Numbered from the stretch's first letter, positions 33,459 to 44,207 are shown. The stretch is DNA of 64,000 bases from Minutocellus sp. GHC0000111 (GCA_977018835.1 OZ361260.1:3286001-3350000), one strand, 5' to 3'. Numbers and translations: made by a program. The notes: a model not told the origin generated them from the letters alone.

Positions 33459-34340
33459 TTACAAGATGCAAGGGAAGCAGAAGGATATTCCACAGCATCC
33501 AACTTTTGTAAGATTTGGTTTCTCATCGAGGGTGGGAGCATCGCGCATCGGGATGACAAATGTCTGGTGGTCTGGGAGGTAATATTTGAAGAGCAGGTGT
33601 TTGATAGGTGGTGGCATCGAAGCAAGGAACTGCTCATAAAATTCCTTCGTCGCCCATTCCTGAATTGCCAGGACAACGGCCGGGAGGAATACCTTCGCCA
33701 TGGTCAGCCCACCGGCCTGAAGAATTTTCTCGACAATGGCGCCCTCCTCCTCTTGGGTGAAGTTTTCCCTCAAAATCGCCGGCATGGCCTGCTCCTCTTC
33801 CTTTAGGTGCTGTCTCATGTCGGTGTTGAAGGCGGGGATCTTCTCAATGAGGCTGGATATTTCCTCGGCACAATTTGTACCCTTCTTGTTCAAAATCTTC
33901 TCGCAAACATCTTTGATGGTTGTCATGGCGGCAACGAGTTCCTCGTGGGACTTGGAGAATTCCTTCTCGGGATACTCTGCCTTCTCCTTGATCCAAGGGA
34001 AGTAGATTTTCTCTTCAGCATCGTGGTGTTCTTCGACGGTGTCGTAGAAATAGTCGCAATACCACTCAGCGAACAGAGTGGCCTTCCAAGCGGAATCATC
34101 CGTTGGATCGTCAGGCATGGCGGCAACGCTATCGACCATGGCCGTCATTTGCCTTCGGATTGCCTCATGAGGAATGAGAAGGCCGACATCCGCCCAGTCC
34201 ATGGGTGGGAAATCGTCACTGAATACATCGCTCGTCAGCTTGTTTGCAATGGCAGGAGAACCACTCTTCTTGAAGTCGTTGCCAGAAAGATTGTAGGACC
34301 CTCGCCTGCTGGAACGGTTGGATACGTCGAGAGTCTGCAT
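33459..34340 (-). CDS. Hemerythrin HHE cation-binding domain protein
   Basis: PHEAIRR, EEHHDAEEKIYFPW, SHEEL and HLKEEE; Cys-rich C-terminus. Confidence 0.85.
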   Translation of the reverse strand: MQTLDVSNRSSRRGSYNLSGNDFKKSGSPAIANKLTSDVFSDDFPPMDWADVGLLIPHEAIRRQMTAMVDSVAAMPDDPTDDSAWKATLFAEWYCDYFYDTVEEHHDAEEKIYFPWIKEKAEYPEKEFSKSHEELVAAMTTIKDVCEKILNKKGTNCAEEISSLIEKIPAFNTDMRQHLKEEEQAMPAILRENFTQEEEGAIVEKILQAGGLTMAKVFLPAVVLAIQEWATKEFYEQFLASMPPPIKHLLFKYYLPDHQTFVIPMRDAPTLDEKPNLTKVGCCGISFCFPCIL

Positions 34341-34799
34341 GTTTCAATGTGGTGCGAGCAAGAAAGTAGAAAGTTTGCACGTGACGTATCGTGAGTATTC
34401 TAGTTCTCCGTCAATTTGCAATCTAGCTAGGCCTAGCGGCGTAGGAGCGTAGCTACCTACTAGACTAGCTAGAAGATAGTATGTGGCGCCTCGATAAGTG
34501 GCCCCAGTGTTCTTTGTGCTGAGCTTGCTTCTTTCTTCTTTCTTGCGAGCGCTCTTGGCGATGGCGCGCTTTTCTACACTCGCGCCTTGTGACAGCACCA
34601 GTGCTCCCTGTAGAAAGATCTGTTACCGGTAGTACTACGTAGTAGACTTATACATGTACATGTAAAGGATGAACGCTAAATAACGTTGTCACTCTTTGCC
34701 AACTCTTCTTTATAGAGAGAGAGAGATGGTTTAGAAGAAGTACCGGAACTGACCGCACATCGTCTGGACCAGCCAACAAAAGGCGCGGTTTCAACTAGA

Positions 34800-36293
34800 G
34801 AGTGATTTCACGAGAGAGCAGACACCCCCTCCGCGATGTTTCGTAAACATTGTACCAAAGTAATTTTATTGCTGATTACTGCTTAGAAGGATGTTGTAGA
34901 CCATAATCAACAATAAAATTACTTTGGTACAATGATCTTGGGTGTTAATTTAGCACATCTTATAGATACGGAAGAGAGTGTTTTGATTTGGTCTTAAATT
35001 ATTTTTTTGGGGATTGATATAGATGTGCTGCTTGAGAGAAAGAAAATTTTGTATCGAATTTCATTATAAAACGAAACCCATTTGCTCAAACAAGAGGTGC
35101 CACAAGATGTGTTGCCGATGTGCCTCCCATTGAAACTAAACAAGAATACGGTGCACCGTACCCTTGTAATAGCCTTCCACAACACTGTGATGCAGCAGGG
35201 GACTTGCGATTACCTTTTTGAGGCTTGAAAAAGTCGTTCGCGTTGTGTCCGATTTTTTCGACAGTTTCCGACGTTCCATCACGACCATGTTCGCCCGATG
35301 TGCAGCACCACCCCCGCCATCGCACACACTCTGGCCACCTCGATGCCTTCCTGAATATCACTGGAAGGGATTGCTGGGTGGTAGTGGGGCGTCAATGCGT
35401 GCCTGCTCCGCAAAATGTTGCCCAGGGACACTGCCACCCCCATCACACCACCCGCCCGAAGTTGGTTCGGATGCTATTTCGTGGTCCATGCATCACTTCC
35501 GTTTCACTGATCAGTCGCTGCTGCGCCCATGTGTATATACCACGAGCAGTTAAGTGGGGGGTGGTGGCTTCTCTTCACAATTCATCGAGAAAACTGTGCC
35601 CAACGTCCTGTTTCTGGTGTCAGCACCAGATTGCACCTTCATTGCTTCTGCCGCCCGAGAGGAAAGAAATCTGATAAAACGACCAAGCCAACACGTGGGA
35701 TCGATGGATACAACAATAAATTAGTATCCTGCGTGCTGGTGATGCGTGAAGAATCAGTGCTTGAGGCTCGAGGAGGGTTGTAGTTGGGGATTCGCTACTT
35801 TCGGAAGCTTTTTCTTTTCATAGTGACGGCCACGAAGATGCAAAGATGGGGTCCAATGCCGACCCTTTCGTGCCAAACCGCCCCCCACATGATCCGAGTG
35901 GAAGTCATGCTGGCCAGGGGGGGATTGAAAGGGCTGTAGAGAATCATGAGCTATTCTTCTTTGCCATTTTGAGGGGTAAAAATATTTGAAATTTCACGGG
36001 TGTGAGGAGATGTTGCTAAAATAGCACATGATGTACGAATGGATGTTCTTTCAAGTATTCAACACTCACCTAATGTATGTAGTTGGTGTATGCATATATT
36101 GGCTTGGGGCCAATCATTGTTATGCCAACATTAGATGGCCTTCTTGTTGAGATGAATTCTCCCTTGCTTTCGTCGCGTTGAGTGAGGCCATTTAGTGGGT
36201 TCATTTTTTACACTGGATAAAACATCGTATAAAAAGTTTTTCTAGTGGCTACATGTTTACGTCAATTTTGTCGGCGGTCTCGTGAAATCACTC
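34800..36293. mobile_element. Non-autonomous DNA transposon with GAG termini and 4-bp TSD (Sola-like), 1494 bp
   Basis: Perfect 16-bp TIR GAGTGATTTCACGAGA (34800-34815; 36278-36293), extendable to 25 bp with 3 mismatches; TAGA duplicated at 34796-34799 and 36294-36297; no intact ORF. Confidence 0.8.
34848..34934. repeat. 31-bp-arm inverted repeat (hairpin), 25-nt loop
   Basis: CATTGTACCAAAGTAATTTTATTGCTGATTA (34848-34878) pairs with TAATCAACAATAAAATTACTTTGGTACAATG (34904-34934), 1 mismatch. Confidence 0.9.
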
Positions 36294-36389
36294 TAGATCT
36301 ACTGCTATACAATCCCACGCTGGAGTGAAACTGTATTTCCGAATAAGATCTAATTCTAAGTTAGTTATGTTTCGTACGGACGGCTTTAC

Positions 36390-37832
36390 CTATGCCCAAA
36401 CCCACCACCATTCTTCCGACTTGCGTTCGCGGTCGGCAGCTGTCCCATTTATTTCGAATTCGTCGCCCGACTGTGATGTCATACCGTTACTGCTCCTGAC
36501 AGAATCAGGATTTAGAGATTCCGTATCCTCCCTTGCAATTTCTTTTTTGATCTCCTTTCTCGCAAAGTAGATCGTTACAATAATGGCAAGAAGCCCGCAC
36601 GCCCCGGTGACGGAGAGCAAAACTATGTTCGACAATGTCCAGTCCTCCGCAATGGAGCTGTTCTTGAGCGAACCGGCCGTGGCACCAAAGAGCACGGTGA
36701 GGAGCTGTGACGGTATGATGCCAATCATTGAGTTGACAAAGCTAGACAATTGCACACCCGTCACCCCACCGATATAATTAAGCGCAGAAAATGGAATGAT
36801 CGAGCACAATCTGAGCAGCAACATGACCTTGAATCCCGATCGCTTCAGAGCCTTATCCACTGCGCCGATGATCGGATACCGTTTCGCAAACAGTTTGACA
36901 AGATCACGGGTCATGTAACGAGCTCTGGCAAAGGCAATGATACCTCCGATGCAACTGCCTAAAAAGCACGTCACCATAGCCAGCGCCATTCCATATGCAA
37001 AACCGTAAACCTCCACAAAGACAAATCCAGCCCCAAAAGTCATTAGGAATGGAGGAACAAACATGAGCGTCGTCAGGATGAACATGCCGACGAATGCAAA
37101 GGACGAGGCGATGCTGTTTTGGTCCATCCATTTGAGGAACAGCTCCAAACCGGCGTGGATCTTGCTGTCCTCCCAGAACAGTCCAAATAGATCGGCGTAC
37201 ACGACGCATGCCACCACAAAAAAGGCGGCGGTAATCAACTTCTTCTGCCACGATCGGTTTCGGTACCAGGCGATGAGTTCCATGATGAAATGCTTGTTGA
37301 TGTGCGGCGTTGTGTCGGGCGCTGCTGCAGCTGCTCCCGTGGTTGTTGCAGCGTCGCCAGTTTCCGGATCAACGTCCGACGATGACGACGGAGGAACCAC
37401 AGTGAGCAGTCGCGGCGGTGCCATTGGGATGTGCTGGTGCTGGTGGTGACGATGATTTATGTGTAACGCCTCTCGTCGTGTTGGCGATTCGTCAGTATCT
37501 CCACTGGCAACTTGCTCCATGCTTCTCATCAGGGCAATGTCCGCCGCCGCGGCCTCGGGAGATGGGAGAGAATGGTATCCATTGGGATCGTCCGTATCGC
37601 CCAACCCACCGGCAGTGGCAGCGGTGGCAGCAGCCGCCGCCGCCGCATTGGCGGCGTCGAAATCGGACGACGACCGAAGGTGACCGTCACTCGAATCGGT
37701 CGAACCCAGAGTTTGTTGCACCCCAGATCTCTCCGACGATGGAGAGGCGTTGTTGGTGTTGGTAATATTGTGCTCTCCACCATCCACTTCGGAGGTGGAA
37801 GATGCCATTAGAACGACTCGTTGGCCTTGCAT
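36390..37832 (-). CDS. VTT/SNARE-associated (TVP38/TMEM64-like) membrane protein
   Basis: FVPPFLMTFGAGFVF, GSCIGGIIAFARARY, GFKVMLLLRLCSIIPFSALNY and GIIP. Confidence 0.9.
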   Translation of the reverse strand: MQGQRVVLMASSTSEVDGGEHNITNTNNASPSSERSGVQQTLGSTDSSDGHLRSSSDFDAANAAAAAAATAATAGGLGDTDDPNGYHSLPSPEAAAADIALMRSMEQVASGDTDESPTRREALHINHRHHQHQHIPMAPPRLLTVVPPSSSSDVDPETGDAATTTGAAAAAPDTTPHINKHFIMELIAWYRNRSWQKKLITAAFFVVACVVYADLFGLFWEDSKIHAGLELFLKWMDQNSIASSFAFVGMFILTTLMFVPPFLMTFGAGFVFVEVYGFAYGMALAMVTCFLGSCIGGIIAFARARYMTRDLVKLFAKRYPIIGAVDKALKRSGFKVMLLLRLCSIIPFSALNYIGGVTGVQLSSFVNSMIGIIPSQLLTVLFGATAGSLKNSSIAEDWTLSNIVLLSVTGACGLLAIIVTIYFARKEIKKEIAREDTESLNPDSVRSSNGMTSQSGDEFEINGTAADRERKSEEWWWVWA

Positions 37833-38586
37833 CTCATGTGCTGAAATGAGGTTGGCAGTGAGGTTCGACGGAGTTCGACTGCGAGCGAGCCGAGGCTCGT
37901 TGCGGCGATTTTTTTAGGCGAGGGCCCACAGCACCATCTGCCAGCCGGATGACTCGCATACTTTTGGTCGCACTTTCGGTGGCCGGCCGGCGCGCGAAGC
38001 AACCGACCGGCGCGCCCAACGCGAGCCACCATGTTCAAATTGCCGCCGCTACGTGCAGAACGAAGGCGATATCTCGCGCTGGTGTGGGAGAATTACGGCA
38101 CGAGACCAACCAGGTACTCCCGACATCCTGGTGATATTCCCGTTGGTCTCGATCCATAATTCTCCATGAGCAAAAAAAATAACGGCCGCAATCCCGCGGT
38201 CAACACCGCAGACAGAACAGAGTTGCGGTGCAGGACGCCCTCCTGGCTGAACTGCTCGTCCGTCTTCGCAGAAAGGAACTTCATTACTACAATTTCATCG
38301 GCAACAACAACGACTCCTTGATGAATGTGTTGGGATGCAGTCCCATCATGTACGGCGCCGTCATGTGCACTGCGGGCATCTTGGGTTTTTGAAGAAGAAG
38401 AAGAAACACGAAGACTCTGCTACGATGTGTTTTTTGTGAGAGGACAGACAACCAGAATTGATGGGATGAAATGGTATCAAGACACTGCCTTGCCGATGAC
38501 GTTCAGCGAACCCCATACAAAAAGAGCATGTTTGTTCGCCTCGGTTCTGTCAATCCTCGTGCAGCCGACGCTCTCCATGATGATGG

Positions 38587-39772
38587 ATGGATGGCTTTCG
38601 ACATGGTCACACGGTCGAGCAACAATTTCGCCTCGAAATGCCGCCGCCGCGGCTCAATTTGACGAAGGCATGTAATGCATTCCTCAAGTCGGTCGCACCA
38701 CATGTGTCGGTGGGATGTGCGGCGATGGACTACGAAATCAACAGGCAGATGTTGCTCGAGGCCCAGAAGTTCCCTGGTGGGCACAATGGCCAGGACGATG
38801 GGTGGGACAATGACGACGATGTTGGGACGGTGGGCACCCTGACCACGACGGAGGCCGGCGAGATCAGTGAGGACGATGACGACGAAGACGAGGACCATGT
38901 GCCCTGTTATGAGGACGAAGCTGATGTTGCAAGAGAGGACGCTACACATGAAGCATGCATGCAGCAGCAGTGCTTTGAGAAGAATCGTCAGAAGCACGGT
39001 GATGGCGAGCCAGAGATGGGAGCTGTCGATGATGCCGAGGATGACGATGCCCCTCACTTCCATTTCCTGAAAAAGGCCGGCATTGAGGCGGCCGACTCAG
39101 GTACAATAAGGGCAGTGCTGGCAGAATGCTGGAGAGCTTTTTATCTATTAACATTTCTGATGGCAACAACAAGAGAAGAAACCAAGGACAATAGAGTTCA
39201 TCCACCATGACACCTCCACCAAAGGAACTCTCCTAGAGCACCACAATCGCGAGGAAGATGGCATGACGGATGACGACATCAAAGAGCTCTGCAAAGCTTG
39301 CTCTAATTTGCTCCACACTCTTGACGCAATGTGTTCAAGGTTTCTGAAATGGTGCATGAAATGGGATGATGAGGCAAAGAAGGCTGTGAGAGAGCTTGAA
39401 GCATTGATTGCAAGTGCCCTCAAGCAAGCACGGGCAATCGGTGTTAGCATGACGCCCAAGTGGCACATAATCGAAGATCACATCTTGGACCAACACATTT
39501 GGCTAGTGAAGAATGGATGGGGCGGCATCTGTTGGCTCGACGAATCGTTTGCAGAGCGAGCCCACCAAGAGGGCGTTAAGGAAGATCGTCGGACTCAGGG
39601 CGTCAAGGGACATGAGGCCCAACAGACGGCGCAGTTCAAGGCTGAGGAGAGGGCATCCAATCCAAAGGTCGAGGAGAGGCGGGAGCGAAACTCTCGGGTG
39701 GCAAAAGAACAAGGAAAAGGACAAGGACCGAAGCTGTTAAAGCAGAAACTGATGACAGGCGCCAACAAATGA
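38587..39772 (+). pseudogene. Internally deleted transposase of copy 2 with predicted 73-nt intron 39101-39173
   Basis: GCC GAC TCA G|GTACAAT...CAACAAG|AG AAG AAA CCA joins ORF 38587 in frame with ORF 39263..39772 (TPKWHIIEDH...LDESFAERAHQ). Further frameshifted coding sequence lies upstream. Confidence 0.7.
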
Positions 39773-40470
39773 TCATGATGGCCACCGATGGAGATGAGGA
39801 TGTAGAGATGGGAGCAGGGCATGTGTAAAATTAGAAAATAAAATTACACTGCTGCTACACAACAGCAAATGAATTGCATGATCCAACTTTTACAAACAGT
39901 GTCGCGATTGAGCAAAAAAGCAAACAGTGCACCCAAACAAACAAACACATCACGTCCTTCTTAACTCACCCATTTGTCTCCCCCAGACCAAAAAGTCCCT
40001 TTGTCGGGTGATTGTTGCACAAACTTATCCCAACACTGTCTGTCTCTCCTCGGGCGCAAAACCATTGTCGGAGTTCCGGGAGGTCGAGTGGGGATGCGAT
40101 CGGTCGGGATCAGCGAGAGTCGGCCATGCGGGGGGTGCGGCGCAATCCCGGCAGTTTATCATCAACAACAACGTGGGAAAGTACCAGAGGGTCTGGGGCA
40201 TCACAACGGGAGCACGACGAGCACAAAGACGGAGCAATGGTGCCACCCCAGAGAAAAAAACGAACGGCCGACAGATGGAGGAAAAGCAGGCCGATGGTTC
40301 GTGGCGTTGACACGCAGCGGAGGCCAATCTGAGGACATGCAGCAAGCTTCAACTACATCCAAACATGATAATGAATGCGTATTTGGTACGAAAATATAGT
40401 TACACGCCGGCGCAACGCCGACGGACCACCATGGTGTTGGACGGTCAAAGAATGGGTGACGAACGAGATT

Positions 40471-40580
40471 GGGTTTTGGTGGGTTTCTTCGTGACGTGTT
40501 CGTCTTCTGCCGAAAAACGCTTCATGGGTTTTGGTGGGTTTCTTCGTGACGTGTTCGTCTTCTGCCGAAAAACGCTTCAT
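40471..40580. repeat. Perfect 55-bp tandem duplication, subterminal in copy 2 only
   Basis: GGGTTTTGGTGGGTTTCTTCGTGACGTGTTCGTCTTCTGCCGAAAAACGCTTCAT at 40471-40525 and 40526-40580; single in copy 1. Confidence 0.95.
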
Positions 40581-40699
40581 CCGACCGGCGAAACAAGACG
40601 AGATGGGGCTGTGGGCCACCTGGCCACCTCCATTGTTGAACCGAAGCGATTGAAAGCATCACATCATGCTGTGCAGTCAACCATGGCCGCCCGCAAATC

Positions 40700-41633
40700 A
40701 TGCACACACATGACGTGGAAAGAGGCCAAGTCCAAATCCGGAGACTGCATGACCTGAGCAACAAAAAGAAGAAGCAGGTCATTCAAGTCTCTCATGCAGA
40801 TGCCCTGACGGCCAAAATCGTGCGAAAAACCAGCGCCCCGTCGGACTTTACCAAGGCCGAACTCCGTCGGGCCAAGAAGCAGGAGGAGAAGGCCGTGGCG
40901 CTGGCGGCCAAGATGGCCGAGGAGCGGGAGGCCGAGCGGAGGGAGCGGGAGGCCAGGACAATCTGTCCGACGGATTTGGCCAAGGAACGGATGACGGCCG
41001 AGGCCGATCGGAGGAGGGCGGCGCCCACTAATTTTGTTGCTGCTGCAGAAGATAATGATCACAATCTCGACGAATCGCAAATGGTGCAGTGCCGAGAGAT
41101 GCAGCTGGATGAACTCGATGCGCTGGAGGCAACACATGCCGAAACGGATGAGTTTGCCCTTGCCGACGATGCCGACATTGATGAATTGCGAGAACGGATC
41201 GAGCAATGGCAGGAAGACGGCGGCAATGCTGATCTTGTTTCGAGCATTGTGGGGCATCCACCCACACGATTTTGCTTACAGCTGGTCGTTGAAGATGAAA
41301 TGAATGTCTCATGGGGACCGATGACAGTGGCCTTGGTAGCCACAGTGTTGTTGCAGATAACTTTGCCGCCGTCGTATCCGGAGGCGTCCTTGCCCCAGAT
41401 GGAGGTGGCGTACTTTTGCGTGACGGATCGGAACGCACAGATGGTCACGGACAAGGCGTTGGAATCGTTGGTCCATTTGGAGGAGGAGCGGCTGCTGCAG
41501 GATCTGGCCAAAGCAGGCGGAGGGCATAGTTCCCATGCCATGCGTCTACGAGGTGGCAGCATCGTGGTTACCGGATCACATATTTGAGTACTGCAAGCTC
41601 CGCACTCATGCTCAGTTAAATGTAATTATGTAA
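40700..41633 (+). CDS. RWD domain protein (frameshift near 41510)
   Basis: MQLDELDALEA and LLQITLPPSYPEASLP. The shifted frame gives PMPCVYEVAASWLPDHIFEY, the RWD C-terminal helix. Confidence 0.8.
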
Positions 41634-41663
41634 AGAAATGGAGCATGACTGTGCTGAGAAAAC

Positions 41664-43928
41664 ATGTGTTTTGGTGGAAATGGGATGGATGGGATGAAGA
41701 AATATTCCTCCGGGTTCTTTTTGCCATCGTCATTTTTCTGCCATGACAACAAACGGCACATACTACGTAGTAGAGTCAGGCACATACCAAGCCCGCTGAT
41801 GACGTCCACGCTCCGCCAAGGAGGCGGTGGCGGCGGCGGCAAGAGCAGCGATAACATTGCTTTCGCCTCGCCTTCTCGACAACAGCAGCAGCAGCAGCAT
41901 TCGCAACCGCTGGACGGAAAGACGCCTCGCATCACCAATGCCGGCGGCATCGGCAACAGAGCAGAGGACGACGGCGGGGTGGCCGTCGATGGTCTCACCG
42001 CCTCTCTGCTGGGCATTAATTTCCTTCCCTTCACTTCTTTGCCCGGCGGCGATGGCGGTGGTGACGCTGCTGCTTTGCCTGATAACAGTCGGCAGCACGA
42101 ATACTCGCACCTCCTGCCCGCTCTGCCGGCCATGACGACCAGCCCCCAGCAGGCCACCAGAGGCCATCGCAGCACCCACAATGACACCAACGGCGATGCC
42201 AACTTGTGCTTTTCGGATCTGGGGGACAATTCCACCCTCACGGAGGATCCGGCCGATGTCGTGGGCCGATCGAAGCGCGGTAGTAGCGGCATCGGCGGCA
42301 GCAAAGTCGGGAAGAGCAGCCGGAAGCGGATCAAGGGGGCCTTCAAGTCCATCAAGAAGAGCATCGTGCGGGGGAGCAAGTCGAAGAAGGCGAGCGTCGG
42401 CACCGCTGCCGATGCCGATGTCCTCGGTCGGGGGACCAATACCACCTCCATCTCGTCCAGCCCCGTCAGCGGTGGGGGGCAGTCGGCCATATTAATGTCC
42501 TCGTCGTCGGCCGCCGACCTGTCGCGTCTTCAAAGCAGCGCCGACGAGGCCACCCGCCGAGCCAAGGCGTTGACCGAACGGATCGAGTCCAAGACGGAGG
42601 AAATCACGGCACTGGAACGGAAGCTGGCGTCGTGCCGCGAGGCATTGGCCCGGGACGTGGCCGACCTCGACTCGCTGCGGGAGGACATTGACGCCCTGCA
42701 GCGCCGACGGAGGGAGGTGGAAAAGAGCAATGCCGATTCTAGTAGTGGTGCCTCCTCCCGGCCGAATGCGCAGACTGCTGTGCCGGTATCATCACAGCAA
42801 CAGCAGTTGAAGCCGAAGCCGGAGGCGGTGAGGCGTCTGTCCTCCTTCATTCGTATCCATGATCTCGATTTGGCCCAAGATGCCGGCACTGCAGCGGCGC
42901 CTGGCCAGGGATTGCCGCCTTCCAGTGCCGCTGACAGCAGCGTGGATGGAAGCAGCAACAAAACCAATCTCAACCGGGCCTATTCGCTCTCTGTTGAGGT
43001 GAGCGAGGTCCAGACGGGATCGACGAGGCCGGACCTGGCCGACGTACACGGGAGCACGATTGCACCCGCCATCGTCGAAGCTCTGGCCAGGATGGCCTAC
43101 GATGCTGCCACGGACGATGCGACGGATCGGTGGACTCCCTCCGCCGATACGAAGAAGGCCCTGGGCAAGCAGACCGATCTTGTCGTTGCTGCTGGATCTC
43201 ACAATGCTTCGGTACTAGTAAGTGCGGGGGGAGCGCCGTGGATCCACGTACCTCCCAAGGAAGTCTTTGTGTGGCATGGCAAATTCGAGCACGGCGGCTT
43301 TGGTTCGGACTTGCCCGTCGTCAAGGCACGAGGCCTCGTGTTCTGCTCGGCGCAGGAGCTGGTAAGTCTCCTCCTTGACAGTACCCGCACCAAGGAATAC
43401 AACAAAATGTCCATCGGGCGGACTGACGAGCATTACTTCCATCGCAATGCCCTGCCTGGTGTTACCGATGAAATGCCAGGAGGTGCTGCCTGTGGCAACG
43501 AGACCAACACTGAGGATGACACCTGCTGGGATGAGCTGCCGGGCGAAACGAGGATATTGCGTTCGCTGTCCAAGCCGCCGATGGTAAAGCCCGTCGAACT
43601 ATTGACGCTGTACCACGCTCGAGAATTGGATGCGACAGCAGGCCAGATCGATGGATACCTCATCGTATCCAGAAGCATCTGGGAAACCGAATGCGGTGTC
43701 CCCACCGAGGGTGGAGGAGGCAAGAAGAGTGACTCCTCCGCTACACGAACAGAAATGCTCCTGGGTGCTCAGCTTGTCCGGTCTGTCGATAACGCGGACC
43801 GGCCTCAATGCGAGCTGACGACCATCAACCACCTCAGCTCCAAGAGTATACCCATGATGATGGCCAAAAAGGTTGGACTTATGACTGCTGCAAGCTTCAT
43901 TAGAGATATCCAGGGCGTCTTTGAGTAG
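41664..43928 (+). CDS. Coiled-coil + START/SRPBCC lipid-binding domain protein (start probably 41799)
   Basis: Coiled coil, then LPVVKARGLV, LLLDSTRTKEYNKMSIGR, GYLIVSRS, RTEMLLG and CELTTINHL. Confidence 0.8.
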   Translation: MCFGGNGMDGMKKYSSGFFLPSSFFCHDNKRHILRSRVRHIPSPLMTSTLRQGGGGGGGKSSDNIAFASPSRQQQQQQHSQPLDGKTPRITNAGGIGNRAEDDGGVAVDGLTASLLGINFLPFTSLPGGDGGGDAAALPDNSRQHEYSHLLPALPAMTTSPQQATRGHRSTHNDTNGDANLCFSDLGDNSTLTEDPADVVGRSKRGSSGIGGSKVGKSSRKRIKGAFKSIKKSIVRGSKSKKASVGTAADADVLGRGTNTTSISSSPVSGGGQSAILMSSSSAADLSRLQSSADEATRRAKALTERIESKTEEITALERKLASCREALARDVADLDSLREDIDALQRRRREVEKSNADSSSGASSRPNAQTAVPVSSQQQQLKPKPEAVRRLSSFIRIHDLDLAQDAGTAAAPGQGLPPSSAADSSVDGSSNKTNLNRAYSLSVEVSEVQTGSTRPDLADVHGSTIAPAIVEALARMAYDAATDDATDRWTPSADTKKALGKQTDLVVAAGSHNASVLVSAGGAPWIHVPPKEVFVWHGKFEHGGFGSDLPVVKARGLVFCSAQELVSLLLDSTRTKEYNKMSIGRTDEHYFHRNALPGVTDEMPGGAACGNETNTEDDTCWDELPGETRILRSLSKPPMVKPVELLTLYHARELDATAGQIDGYLIVSRSIWETECGVPTEGGGGKKSDSSATRTEMLLGAQLVRSVDNADRPQCELTTINHLSSKSIPMMMAKKVGLMTAASFIRDIQGVFE

Positions 43929-44207
43929 GTCTGCTAAGGAGGAAAGAGAAATATACTACGTAGTACCGTGCATACCGATGATCTAATGGCACTCTAATCG
44001 CTAACTTACTATTGTACAAAGGAAAAGGTATGAAATATAATACAATGTGTACATGTAGCTATTCAATTTCTCTCAATTGGTGTGGACGTGCACACACACA
44101 CGTGAACGCGAACGAGACGGAAATAGAGAAATATGCATTTACAAAGTGTACATAAATCGACTTTAATACATGTGTTGTTGTAGTAAACCTGATTTGCAGA
44201 TTGCCCA

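Larger units (their letters stand above)
37927..40613 (+). mobile_element. CACAG-ended DNA transposon, RAG1/Transib/Chapaev-related, copy 2 (2687 bp)
   Basis: Termini CACAGCACCATCT (37927) and AGATGGGGCTGTG (40613); 4-bp TSD GGCC at 37923-37926 and 40614-40617; inverted relative to copy 1. Confidence 0.92.

Noticed and set aside
40471..40580. Short direct repeats (also 26143-26369, 45058-45262, 53691-53760) as CRISPR arrays
   Set aside because: Two-unit tandem duplications without unique spacers, no cas genes, eukaryotic context.
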